A stretch of DNA of 64,000 bases from Candidatus Heimdallarchaeota archaeon (lineage in GTDB: Archaea > Asgardarchaeota > Heimdallarchaeia > Hodarchaeales > Hodarchaeaceae): NCBI GenBank assembly GCA_020353515.1, contig CP070695.1, positions 3,424,050-3,488,049 on the forward strand, written 5' to 3'. The first letter of the stretch is position 1, and each line of letters begins with the position of its first letter. This document shows positions 20,428 through 30,141 of the stretch, piece by piece. The position numbers and the translations under genes are program-made. The notes beneath the pieces were generated by a model. It searched no databases. It saw only the letters and a list, made by a program, of their open reading frames with translations, and was not told where the DNA came from.

Positions 20428-21486
20428 ATGCTACAGCTGAAAATTAGGAATTTATTCTTGATTATTTCATTATTAGCACTAATTTCCATGGTGTTAGTAG
20501 CTCCAATTGGATCTATTAATGCGGAAATTAATGATGACGATGATAGTGACGAAACTGAAGAACAGGAATCAGAGGAAACTGAGGAAGAGACCGATGACCA
20601 CGAAGAAGAAGATAATGATGATGGTAAAGCTAAGTTAGAAAAAGAAGGAAAAAAAGTATTATTAACCTCTGGTGACTTTCAAATAGAGGTTAATGCAAAA
20701 GGCCAAGTACCATTTTATCACTTCAATACATCAGTTGATGATGTACGATTTTTCTTAAAATTCCAGAGAATAACTCAATTCAAAGACGAAAATGACAATA
20801 GTATCTACGATAAAGGAGAAGAAGTTGGAAATCAGAATTCTGACTTACAATTACCTAGTGTCGATTGGGAACTCGTAATTGTAACAGACACAGATACTGA
20901 TAAGGAATTCATTTTCCGTTCATCTGAGATAAAGGGTCAGGAATTCGAAGATACAACTATAGAATTAATCAATCATTTTTCCGCAGACTCCTCTTACCTG
21001 AAGTTCGATATTAATATAACCAACTGGCCTTTTGAGGAAGAAGCCACTGGTTTATGTTTAGAATTCGAATTAAATTGGTCAAGAGGGGAAAATGAAGGCG
21101 AAGGAATGAGTTTGAAAAAAGAGAGTGATGATACTTCTATCTCTCTTAAAAATGATGATGATGTCCTTCTTGCATATTTTGAATCTGCTAGTGAGGTCGA
21201 AGTTGATGGTACAGTAGTAGATGATGGAGCTCTCCTATATGATACTGCGTCTGAAAATGCTTCTAAGGTAAATATTTTACTCAATTATCCAAGTTTCGAC
21301 GAAACTCTGTTCCATGATCCTGAGATTGGAACATCAGATGAAGCACTGTCAGTGAGTCCTTCCACGATAATCTCTTGGTTAATGGAAACCATAGAGAGCG
21401 TGAAAGATGGATTCTTGGTAGTTACCGCACTAATGACTTTCGTTTTAGCTACTGGTTTGATTTTTAATCGTCGTCGTCAAAAATAA
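20428..21486 (+). CDS. secreted/cell-surface protein with acidic N-terminal tract and C-terminal anchor
   Basis: Signal peptide, D/E-rich run, LKFDINITNWPF and FHDPEIG beta-domain, TM plus RRRQK. Confidence 0.7.
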   Translation: MLQLKIRNLFLIISLLALISMVLVAPIGSINAEINDDDDSDETEEQESEETEEETDDHEEEDNDDGKAKLEKEGKKVLLTSGDFQIEVNAKGQVPFYHFNTSVDDVRFFLKFQRITQFKDENDNSIYDKGEEVGNQNSDLQLPSVDWELVIVTDTDTDKEFIFRSSEIKGQEFEDTTIELINHFSADSSYLKFDINITNWPFEEEATGLCLEFELNWSRGENEGEGMSLKKESDDTSISLKNDDDVLLAYFESASEVEVDGTVVDDGALLYDTASENASKVNILLNYPSFDETLFHDPEIGTSDEALSVSPSTIISWLMETIESVKDGFLVVTALMTFVLATGLIFNRRRQK

Positions 21487-21572
21487 ACATTAATAAATCC
21501 CATCCTTGAATACAATTCAAGGAAAATTTTCTTTTCTTTTTTTTAGTTCGTTCTTGTAAGGAGTATATATCA

Positions 21573-22406
21573 GTGACAAACAGGGAACACAATGAAGGAT
21601 CACAAATTCAAGAACAGGAATTATTTGATATCCTTTCACACACCACAAGACGAATGATCCTTAGGGAATTGAATAAGCAATTATACCTCGCATACTCTGA
21701 ATTACAAATTCTAATACCACAGAGTCCAGGTGTAATTTATCATCATCTGGAGAAACTTCAAGAGAAGGGATTGATAAAACAACGGGAAAGTAAAGAATAT
21801 GAATTAGCACCTTTAGGAGTTCAAGCTGTCTCCTACCTTGAAAAATTAGATGATGACGATGTATCATCAGTAGTAACCTCCCGATCTTCTTTTCATGATC
21901 TTTTCCTAAAAATACCGTTATCGAGATTTATCCTAAAAAATCCCTTGCGATGGGCAATAGAAATTGCTGCGCTAACTGCAGTACTATTTTTTCTTCAATT
22001 AAATTTTCCAGTCTTAATTGTAGGGCCGTTTCTACTTCCAACTACCTTCGAACTACCTCTAAGAATCTTTCTTGAAATTATCATTTTTCTTCTCATGTTT
22101 TCGGGATTGCTAATATTTGATTTAGTGATATCCAAAAAGAGAGATTTCTTGTCGTTATTTGCAGGTCTGTTAGTCTTACCTATGTTATCTTTTATAGCTT
22201 CAGTATTACTCTATGTGGTTTCAATTATCTTTATTACTGTCCCATCACTTCTCTTTTGGGTTTTAACCTTTATTCTCCAATTTTGTTATGCGTATGTTCT
22301 TATTCATCTGTTGAATAAGATATCGAAGCTTTCTTTCGACCGATCAGTTATTGTTACACTCTTAATCGGTTATTTCTTCCTTTTCTGTGTTTTGATTCTT
22401 GGATAA
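21573..22406 (+). CDS. ArsR-like winged-helix regulator fused to multi-TM domain
   Basis: LSHTTRRMIL..SPGVIYHHLEKL..YEL; about 5-6 C-terminal TMs. Confidence 0.75.
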   Translation: MTNREHNEGSQIQEQELFDILSHTTRRMILRELNKQLYLAYSELQILIPQSPGVIYHHLEKLQEKGLIKQRESKEYELAPLGVQAVSYLEKLDDDDVSSVVTSRSSFHDLFLKIPLSRFILKNPLRWAIEIAALTAVLFFLQLNFPVLIVGPFLLPTTFELPLRIFLEIIIFLLMFSGLLIFDLVISKKRDFLSLFAGLLVLPMLSFIASVLLYVVSIIFITVPSLLFWVLTFILQFCYAYVLIHLLNKISKLSFDRSVIVTLLIGYFFLFCVLILG

Positions 22407-22444
22407 TATTTACCATAGAAAGCTTTTTATAACCGTGTATATCA

Positions 22445-22474
22445 TATGTTAACATAACACAACATACATTAACA
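22445..22474 (+). promoter_or_regulatory. palindrome plus AACA direct-repeat array just downstream of a TATA box (candidate RHH operator)
   Basis: Perfect 12-bp TATGTTAACATA (22445-22456); AACA at 22451, 22456, 22461, 22471; TTTTTATAA at about 22424. Confidence 0.5.
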
Positions 22475-22484
22475 AGGGTTAATT

Positions 22485-22643
22485 ATGTATAGATGTCTGT
22501 TAAAACAAGTCAAAGACGATTCATATGATCTCAACTACGTTGATTTAGCTTCATATATTACCATGGCTAGAAAAATTGTTGCAGACCATGAAAATTCTCT
22601 GATTTCTAAGGAGGTAAACACAGACAGAAATGAGGTTGAATGA
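22485..22643 (+). CDS. small 52-aa hypothetical protein not in ORF track
   Basis: MYRCLLKQVKDDSYDLNYVDLASYITMARKIVADHENSLISKEVNTDRNEVE*; stop overlaps next start (ATGA); fills the gap after the promoter. Confidence 0.55.
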   Translation: MYRCLLKQVKDDSYDLNYVDLASYITMARKIVADHENSLISKEVNTDRNEVE

Positions 22644-23527
22644 TAATGAATGATCTACATAAAAAACGAAAGTTTGAAGATTTTGAAAATAATTGGTCTC
22701 CTGAAGAAGATATTGAGGTTGATGACGATACAGTTCAAGATATCGAAGAGGAGAGTGAAGAGGAATATCGAACACCTCACCGTCGAAGACCTCTGAGCGA
22801 GCCTCGTCCACCTCGTGCCCCTCCTCTTCCCCCATTACCTCCATTACCCCCAGATATTGAAATTTTGAAATCGGATAAAGTTATCGGGATTCGGGGTTTA
22901 GATGCCCAGTTATATAAAGATATAAGTCGAATTGCACGGAAGAATGGTGTCAGTGTTGCTGAATTGATTAACCGTATCTTAGCTAAGTATCGGTATACCT
23001 CTATAGGCGAAAATGGTAATACTATTAGTAATATCGATTCTCTTGAGCTCTTTGAGGAGGACCTTACTCATTTAGATGATGAGGGGATTAACATCATTGG
23101 AGTCAAAAATCTCTCCTTAGGAGCAGACGTCACTCATGAGTCTTTCAACAAGATCAGAAATATAGAACACATTGAGCATATCTGGGTTCCCCCACATCTT
23201 TACTTACCATTGGTAAAAAAAGCAAGAAATTGCCACCAAATCGAGAAATACAAAGGAGATAAGATTCCTAGAGTGATTCAAAAAAGTTTTGACTCCGATG
23301 TCCATCTTACTAAATCATTTTTTGAATATTTTCTTGATGAAGAGCAAATGGTAGATTTGACCGTATATGGGGAACTTAGAATCGATACAGATGTTTCTCT
23401 CGATGATTTCAAGAGCGTGATCTACAATCTCCGGGTTGATAATGATATTCAAGCTCCACGGCATTTAATTGGCTTCTTATTTGCGAAATCGAAATGTTAC
23501 GGTGAAATTGAAGAGATCGAAGATTAA
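22640..23527 (+). CDS. ribbon-helix-helix domain protein with acidic/polyproline N-terminus
   Basis: PRPPRAPPLPPLPPLPP followed by IGIRGLDAQLYKDISRIARKNGVSVAELINRIL (RHH pattern). Confidence 0.65.
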   Translation: MIMNDLHKKRKFEDFENNWSPEEDIEVDDDTVQDIEEESEEEYRTPHRRRPLSEPRPPRAPPLPPLPPLPPDIEILKSDKVIGIRGLDAQLYKDISRIARKNGVSVAELINRILAKYRYTSIGENGNTISNIDSLELFEEDLTHLDDEGINIIGVKNLSLGADVTHESFNKIRNIEHIEHIWVPPHLYLPLVKKARNCHQIEKYKGDKIPRVIQKSFDSDVHLTKSFFEYFLDEEQMVDLTVYGELRIDTDVSLDDFKSVIYNLRVDNDIQAPRHLIGFLFAKSKCYGEIEEIED

Positions 23528-23554
23528 TCTCATATAGGGCCTTCGGCTTCTCAT

Positions 23555-23577
23555 TAACCATTCTTTAAGAATGGTTA
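23555..23577. repeat. perfect 11-bp inverted repeat (terminator or operator)
   Basis: TAACCATTCTT-t-AAGAATGGTTA between the RHH gene and the histidine kinase. Confidence 0.6.
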
Positions 23578-23638
23578 TTGGTTCTACTTGTAAAGTGTCG
23601 TTTATAGACATTAATTGTGAATTCTGGAAGGAATTTCT

Positions 23639-25042
23639 GTGATTGATAGTGGAATTGTCGTCGCATCGGGAATAAGCACCATTATGGCTTTTATTTCGGC
23701 CTTTATTTTAATCAGGCATTATTATCATTATAAAAAAGATACTACAACGAATTTCTGGGCGATTGCTATGTTTTTTTACGCGATTGGCCATTTTATTGTA
23801 ACATTACTTTATGCGGAGATTCTTGACAATTCGATTTTAACAATGTTCGTATATGTAAACTCTTCAGGAGCAGTAACTATGTCCCTTTTTCTTTTTGGAA
23901 CATTATCATTATTTACAAATCGAAAATCAATCACAATATCAATCTCAAGCATATATGGTCTGTTTTATTTTGTAGGTTCATTTTTATATGGTTTCATAAT
24001 TCCTGCGAATTCAGTTCTGAATTTCATTAATATTTCAGGTAATTTTACAGCACTAAATAATATGAGTTGGTTTGTTGTAGAAACATTAATACCTGCGTCC
24101 ATCTTTCTTTCAATTCTTTTTTTCAAGGATTATATAACTTCGAGAGACTATAGTTCTTTCTGGGTTTCGTTGCATTTTTTTCTTTACTTTGTACTTTTAC
24201 TCATATGGCCTTTCCCTGAATTAAAACTCCTATTCTATCTTGGACGAACATTAGCAACAAGTTGTCTTCTAACTGGTTTCACCTCATTAACTCAGCAAAG
24301 AAGATTAGAAGGCATAATACATGAAGTTGAAACTGCAGAATCCGATTTTTTCCTTGATTTGTTGTCACATGACATTAAAAATCATCTACAAGGCGTAAAA
24401 ATGATAACTGATTATTATCATATTGATGAAGCAATTTTGGAATCAAGTGAATTTATAGAGAAAATTGAAAATAATGTGAATTCAATTTTTGAATTAATTC
24501 TTAACATCGAAAAATACCGAACAGTTCAGAGAGAGGGTGGTTTTACTCATTTATCAACGAAAAAATTGACGCTTGTAATAAAAGAAACAATTAGTCAAGT
24601 AATTAATAACTTTCCAAACAAGAGTGTTAAGTTTCAAGTAGAAATTGATGAATCAATCTCATACTGGATAAATGCTAATGAATTTATTGAAGATGTTTTC
24701 CTTAATTTATTTTCAAATGCAATAAAACATAGTAACAGAGAGGATGTGGAGATTGATCTCACAATTAGTTCTACTTTAGTAAGAGGAGTTGATTACTGGG
24801 TGGTATCTATTGGTGATAACGGCCTCGGAATCCCTGAAGAAAAGAAAAAATATCTCTTTACGGGAAAATTACGCAAAGATGGATCAGGGATTGGATTATC
24901 AATTGTGAAAAACATCATTGACGGATATAAAGGAAAAATCACTTTTAAAAATATGGAAAATGACAATGGAGAGGTTTGTGGGGCAATTTTCACACTTTAT
25001 TTCCCCAAAGCACGAGCTGTAGAGCAGCTAATTGTTACCTAG
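23639..25042 (+). CDS. membrane sensor histidine kinase (7TM-HisKA-HATPase)
   Basis: About 7 TMs; H-box LSHDIKN, N-box NLFSNAIKH, DNGLGI, GSGIGLSIV. Confidence 0.9.
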   Translation: MIDSGIVVASGISTIMAFISAFILIRHYYHYKKDTTTNFWAIAMFFYAIGHFIVTLLYAEILDNSILTMFVYVNSSGAVTMSLFLFGTLSLFTNRKSITISISSIYGLFYFVGSFLYGFIIPANSVLNFINISGNFTALNNMSWFVVETLIPASIFLSILFFKDYITSRDYSSFWVSLHFFLYFVLLLIWPFPELKLLFYLGRTLATSCLLTGFTSLTQQRRLEGIIHEVETAESDFFLDLLSHDIKNHLQGVKMITDYYHIDEAILESSEFIEKIENNVNSIFELILNIEKYRTVQREGGFTHLSTKKLTLVIKETISQVINNFPNKSVKFQVEIDESISYWINANEFIEDVFLNLFSNAIKHSNREDVEIDLTISSTLVRGVDYWVVSIGDNGLGIPEEKKKYLFTGKLRKDGSGIGLSIVKNIIDGYKGKITFKNMENDNGEVCGAIFTLYFPKARAVEQLIVT

Positions 25043-26248
25043 TTGTGACTTTGAGGATTCAGGATCAGGTGATACTTGGATGTTTAAATAACCAATTAAA
25101 GCTCCCACAAAAGCTGTACTTGAGAATATTAGTCCAATTGTTGAATACCCATAACTAATCCAGATTAAACCGCTTAATCCCGAACCAAGTGCTGATGCAC
25201 TAGCGTTTAGTGCCTGATTTATAGAGAGAACAGTTCCTTTTGAGTTTGATGCTACTTGAGTGAGTAAGACTGGAACTTCAGACATCGCAAAATCAAATGA
25301 AGTACCTAATAGGATCAGCCAAAAGATCACAAAAATGTGATTGAAAGAAAAATGAGACAATAAAATCATACAAGTTGCAGCAATCATTAATCCGGATATA
25401 GTACAGCGTTTTGGGCCGATTCTGTCTCCCAACCAGGTGGCTAAGAGCGTTCCAAACAACGTTCCGACTCCCATAAAAGCTAGGATTACACTTATTGATG
25501 TCTCTTTGATTTGAAATTTGGTTTCCATCCAAATGGGGAAAAATGCAAAAATACCTTGAATAGCTCCAACAGCAAAGAACATTAACAATAATCCTGAAAG
25601 CGCACTTTTATTGGATACTACTCTTTTGAATAATTTCAAACTCTGTTCAACTAGAGCTCCTTGATTAGGTATTTCATCACTAGTAGAGTCTATTAAATAG
25701 ATTAATACACAAGAGCTTAATGCTAGAAGCCCTAGTATTATAAATGGAAATCGCCAACTCAAATGTTCAATCGAATAACCTACTAAAGGTACTCCAAATA
25801 TGAATGTGATAGGCCAAGATAAGCGGACGAACCCCATCGCACGGGACCTTGTTTCATATGTATATTGATCACCCAGTTCAGCTAACAACGCTGGTAAAAA
25901 TATGGCTTTTCCCAGTCCAGCTAACGCTCGTGCAATCAAGATAAATAACCAATCTTGAGCTACAGCCATGAGGCCTGAACTTATCGCAAAAATAACTAAT
26001 CCAATGGTTAGGAAATTTCTTCTTCCATATTGATCAGATAGACTCCCGAAAACTGGACTTAGTAGAATAAAAATTGAATATACAGAGACGAGAAATCCCA
26101 TAAGCCAAATTTGGATATTAAAAGACTCACTAAGAGTACTAAAGTAGAGTGTAATGCTCTGAAAATCGAGATCAAGTGCAATTCGGGCTAATAACAGAAT
26201 TGCTAATTGTGCTGAAGAAGATCTCACACGTCTCATCCTATGTACCAA
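25028..26248 (-). CDS. MFS transporter
   Basis: GSLSDQYGRR motif A, ARALAGLG, LGDRIGPK; 12 TMs. Confidence 0.9.
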   Translation of the reverse strand: MVHRMRRVRSSSAQLAILLLARIALDLDFQSITLYFSTLSESFNIQIWLMGFLVSVYSIFILLSPVFGSLSDQYGRRNFLTIGLVIFAISSGLMAVAQDWLFILIARALAGLGKAIFLPALLAELGDQYTYETRSRAMGFVRLSWPITFIFGVPLVGYSIEHLSWRFPFIILGLLALSSCVLIYLIDSTSDEIPNQGALVEQSLKLFKRVVSNKSALSGLLLMFFAVGAIQGIFAFFPIWMETKFQIKETSISVILAFMGVGTLFGTLLATWLGDRIGPKRCTISGLMIAATCMILLSHFSFNHIFVIFWLILLGTSFDFAMSEVPVLLTQVASNSKGTVLSINQALNASASALGSGLSGLIWISYGYSTIGLIFSSTAFVGALIGYLNIQVSPDPESSKSQLGNN

Positions 26249-26297
26249 CTACATTGACCTAATATTCTACTAAAACAAGTTTACACTGTGTATACCT

Positions 26298-27545
26298 GTG
26301 CATACATTTTGGCCACATAATCTTTTGTACAGATCAAGGGGAGTTTTGCACGCATATTATCTATCTATTGTTGGAGTTTTATCACTTTTGCAAATTAATG
26401 AATCATTTAATGTTAAAGAAAATCTTAGTAAAGACTTTTCATATTCAGGTGGGAAAATTTTAAGCTCTATGAACTGTGAAGCTGATCCATTTGCACTAGA
26501 AGTTTTCCGTAGTAATGTAGAGAAGAATCTTGGTGATCCCGCGTTATTTCCAGGGACTATTGCCGTCGAGACTCGTGTTATTAATATTTTAGGTAGCTTA
26601 TTTGACCTTCCCTCATCAGGAACAGGTGTCATTCTATCAGGGGGATCCGAGGCTAATCTTACTGCTCTTTGGGCCATTCGGAATAATAATGCTAGTAGTC
26701 ATAATCAGCAAAAACCCGAAATTATTGCCCCTGAATCCGTTCATATTTCCATTGATAAAGCTGCTGATTTGTTGCAGCTCAAACTCATTAAAATTCCTAC
26801 AACACCTCAGTATCAGGCCGATCTTGAAGCAATCTCTGATGCCATATCAAAAAAGACAATTGCTCTAATAGGAGTAGCTGGAACAACAGCATTCGGAACC
26901 ATTGATCCGCTGAAAGAACTGGATGACATTTGTCAAACTTATGAATTAGATCTACATATTGATGCTGCGTTTGGTGGACTTATTTTTCCTTTTCTCCCAA
27001 AAATACATTCAAATTTTAACTTGTCTTTCGATGATTTGCAATCATTAGTCTCCATCACAGTCGATATTCATAAAATGGGACGTGTTCCAATCCCTGGAGG
27101 AGGGTTATTATGGCGTGACGCTACCTATCCGATTGCTATCCAATTCACATTGCCATATTTGGCCGGGAAACCGAAACAAATAACAATTACAGGTACAAGA
27201 ACAGGAGCATCTGCAATTGCCTTCGCATCATTATGGGAAAAAAATGGTTTCCAGGGATTTCAAGAAACTGTTATGTCTTGCCTCGAGAATACTCGATATC
27301 TATCCGTCGAATTAGAAAAACGTGGATTATTAATCCCTATTAAACCTGTTATTAACATTCTTGGAGTTACAACCCCCTCAGATTTTCCTTTCAACGTATT
27401 GGAGCTGCATAAAATATTATGGCAGCATGGTTGGACGACAACTATCGTAAATGGGAGACTAAGATTTGTAGTAATGCCTTCAACTACAAAAAATCAACTT
27501 AGGAATCTTATTTTTCTAATTGATCAATTAATTAGTGATGGTTAG
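26298..27545 (+). CDS. mfnA: PLP-dependent tyrosine/aspartate decarboxylase (true start probably downstream)
   Basis: ILSSM, NLGDPALFPG, SGGSEAN, HIDAAFGG, DIHK, GTRTGA. Confidence 0.85.
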   Translation: MHTFWPHNLLYRSRGVLHAYYLSIVGVLSLLQINESFNVKENLSKDFSYSGGKILSSMNCEADPFALEVFRSNVEKNLGDPALFPGTIAVETRVINILGSLFDLPSSGTGVILSGGSEANLTALWAIRNNNASSHNQQKPEIIAPESVHISIDKAADLLQLKLIKIPTTPQYQADLEAISDAISKKTIALIGVAGTTAFGTIDPLKELDDICQTYELDLHIDAAFGGLIFPFLPKIHSNFNLSFDDLQSLVSITVDIHKMGRVPIPGGGLLWRDATYPIAIQFTLPYLAGKPKQITITGTRTGASAIAFASLWEKNGFQGFQETVMSCLENTRYLSVELEKRGLLIPIKPVINILGVTTPSDFPFNVLELHKILWQHGWTTTIVNGRLRFVVMPSTTKNQLRNLIFLIDQLISDG

Positions 27546-27789
27546 GGGACTCCCCGAGTCCAATCTTATCCAATATTCGTTCTTCAGTTATTTCTTTTCC
27601 ATATAGCATGAAATTATTAATTTTAACAGCGGGAAGAGTTCTTAATTCTCCTTTTAGGAACTTAGTTACTGACCCAACTCTTTTTATCTTGACATTAGGA
27701 TAATTATTTTCAATCTTCCTCATTATTTTCCGCACACGAATACATCGTGGGCAAATTAAGGAATGAAAAAAGATTACTTGGTGTTGCAT
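27532..27789 (-). CDS. glutaredoxin/thioredoxin-like small protein
   Basis: CPRC motif, TLPAVKIN cis-Pro loop. Confidence 0.75.
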   Translation of the reverse strand: MQHQVIFFHSLICPRCIRVRKIMRKIENNYPNVKIKRVGSVTKFLKGELRTLPAVKINNFMLYGKEITEERILDKIGLGESPNHH

Positions 27790-27948
27790 TAGTAATTCTC
27801 TGGTTATACTAATAATAAGAAAGTCTTATTATTTTTTTTCAGGTAATTGTCTTTATCAATTGGAGAGATTTAAAAACACAAAGAAAAAGAAAAAAAATAT
27901 AGAATCAATAGGAAAGTAATACCTAGTTTGAAATAAAAGGGAATACTG

Positions 27949-28503
27949 TTGTCAACGAGAGACAAATTATCGCAGCTATCAGATGATGAGTTAGAAAAAA
28001 TCTATCAAGAAAAGAAAGCTGAGTATGATCAAAAAATATTGAAAAATAGGCGAATAAGGGGAATTCTATCAAGGAAAATCAATGAAAAACAAAAATCTGT
28101 AGAAAACCTTCGAAAAGAGGCAGATGATTTCCTTACTTCTCATCCTGAGCTTTCTGTCGCCAAACAAGACTTTGACGACACAGACTTTGATCCAGAGGAA
28201 TTAAAACAATTAATACAAGAAAAACAAACAATCCTCTCACAGCTTCAATCAAAGAAATTAGAGATCGAAAAGAGTATTCCAGAAATTACAAACCACATTA
28301 AGCAACAAAAACTCTTAGAGAATCAATATCAAGAAGAAATTAATTTGTTAATTTCTCAATCAGAAAACTTTTCTGAGTCTGATAGTTTTGAAATGCTGGA
28401 GTTAGATCAACTTTCACATGAGATTAAATCAGCCCAAGATGAGCTTGAGTCCCTCAGTAAAGGGATAGAAGAGCTCCGTAATAAAGTACATCAACAAGGA
28501 TAA
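27949..28503 (+). CDS. coiled-coil protein
   Basis: E/K/Q/L-rich heptads over essentially the full length. Confidence 0.7.
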   Translation: MSTRDKLSQLSDDELEKIYQEKKAEYDQKILKNRRIRGILSRKINEKQKSVENLRKEADDFLTSHPELSVAKQDFDDTDFDPEELKQLIQEKQTILSQLQSKKLEIEKSIPEITNHIKQQKLLENQYQEEINLLISQSENFSESDSFEMLELDQLSHEIKSAQDELESLSKGIEELRNKVHQQG

Positions 28504-28504
28504 G

Positions 28505-29491
28505 GTGCATATGACTACATATATCGATGACATTCTTAATCTTGAAAAGGAGCTAAATCAAGAAACTGATTCACATCTTCAATTGAAAGCAGATCTATCT
28601 GTAGAATTCGCTGAATTATCATCTGAAGAATTACAATTAATAGATCAACTATCAAAATTACGAAAAAAGCTAACTTCTATTGATTTGGTCGAAAAAAACA
28701 CATCAATTGATATTCCCCAACTTATTCAGACTAAAGACGAGTTAGAAGCTGAAATAAAACAGGTTCAATTAGAACTTGATCCATTTGAACAACAACTAGC
28801 TCAATTAAATTCTGAATATAGTGTAATCGATTCTAAAGTTAAAGTTTTGTTACAGGAAAAAAACCAACAGGAAGAAAAATCTCTTGCCTCAAAAAAGAAG
28901 GGAGAGATAAAGACACAGACAAGCAATAAAATCCAGAATGAACGTGAAAAACTTAAAAAGATAAAGAATCGAATTGAAGATCAGAAGAAAATCAAGGAAA
29001 ATCTTGAAGAGTTCTTAGAAACTCTAGAAACTATCCAATTGGTCGTAAGTACTTATTCTCCTCTAGCAAAATCTGATATTTCTTTACCCACAAATGTTAC
29101 AGAAGAAATTCAAGACCTTATTATGGCCTCAAAGACATCTTTCGACGAAGCTCAGACAAAGTTTGATCCAAATGATTTAGTTCCTTTCTTAGTTGATGCG
29201 GACAAGTCATATCAAAACATTATTTCAGTATTCGTCAAACTCTGTGATAATATTCCGAATTCTTTACTAGAATCTGAATTTAACGAACAGATTCTCACTC
29301 TTGTTAATAAAGGACTGATGTTGAATACCCGTCATTTAAATGCAGTCCAAACAATGCTTTTAAAACTAGAGAAAGGTGTTGAAATTGCCCCTCTAGCTTC
29401 TTTTTCAAACGAAATTAAGAAATATTTTGTAGATAATCTCACATATCTGCGTGTTACTGGATGGGTAGTTTTAGAACCTCCCCCCTCTTGA
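28505..29491 (+). CDS. coiled-coil protein with C-terminal helical domain
   Basis: About 180 aa of heptads then a globular helical domain; directly follows the previous gene. Confidence 0.7.
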   Translation: MHMTTYIDDILNLEKELNQETDSHLQLKADLSVEFAELSSEELQLIDQLSKLRKKLTSIDLVEKNTSIDIPQLIQTKDELEAEIKQVQLELDPFEQQLAQLNSEYSVIDSKVKVLLQEKNQQEEKSLASKKKGEIKTQTSNKIQNEREKLKKIKNRIEDQKKIKENLEEFLETLETIQLVVSTYSPLAKSDISLPTNVTEEIQDLIMASKTSFDEAQTKFDPNDLVPFLVDADKSYQNIISVFVKLCDNIPNSLLESEFNEQILTLVNKGLMLNTRHLNAVQTMLLKLEKGVEIAPLASFSNEIKKYFVDNLTYLRVTGWVVLEPPPS

Positions 29492-29521
29492 TTACTGATA
29501 AAAAAACTTTTTCCTAAATCT

Positions 29522-29965
29522 TTACTTTATTGAATTGATTATTTGTTGAGTAGAAGTAACTCCTGAAATAACGATTTCAGTACACTTTTCCCTTCTACCT
29601 GGCATTTTTAAATCTATTTTACCAGATTCATCCCTAAATTCATCTATTAACTCGTAACAGGTGAAAGTTTCAAATTTGTCCTTAAAATCCTTCTTCCAAA
29701 TCTTTACTTTTTTAGCAATTTCTTTATCCTCTAATCCTTTTTCGGCTAGGATTAAACTTAAAGCAGCTAAAGAACCTGTGACAGCTCCGCATACTAGTCC
29801 TTCTCCAAAACCACCCCCCATCGGGAGCATGGCTTTGTAAAACGGATCACACAACGATTCTTTATCATTAAAAGTTAAAATTCCACAAACAGATGCCCTT
29901 GCGCAATTTGCTTTTTTCTCCCAATACTCTAATGATTTTTCTGTAACAGTTTGTTTCCTTTCCAT
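29522..29965 (-). CDS. C-GCAxxG-C-C family putative redox protein
   Basis: NCARAS, GGGFG..CGAVTG, TCYEL, EKC. Confidence 0.85.
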   Translation of the reverse strand: MERKQTVTEKSLEYWEKKANCARASVCGILTFNDKESLCDPFYKAMLPMGGGFGEGLVCGAVTGSLAALSLILAEKGLEDKEIAKKVKIWKKDFKDKFETFTCYELIDEFRDESGKIDLKMPGRREKCTEIVISGVTSTQQIINSIK

Positions 29966-30141
29966 GAATTAGACTCTCCTTTCTAATTGTACAACTTTCG
30001 TCGTGATATTCTAGTACTATTAATGGATTTTTAATCGAATTTAGAAAGAAGTAATTTTGTTTTTAAATTTCATCTCATTGGCATAAAGCGGATGAATGAA
30101 AATAACTTACCTATGTCAAAGGAATGCTATGATTAAAACCA

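Noticed and set aside
20530-20625. GAA/GAT-rich low-complexity DNA
   Set aside because: Explained by the encoded Asp/Glu tract, not an independent repeat
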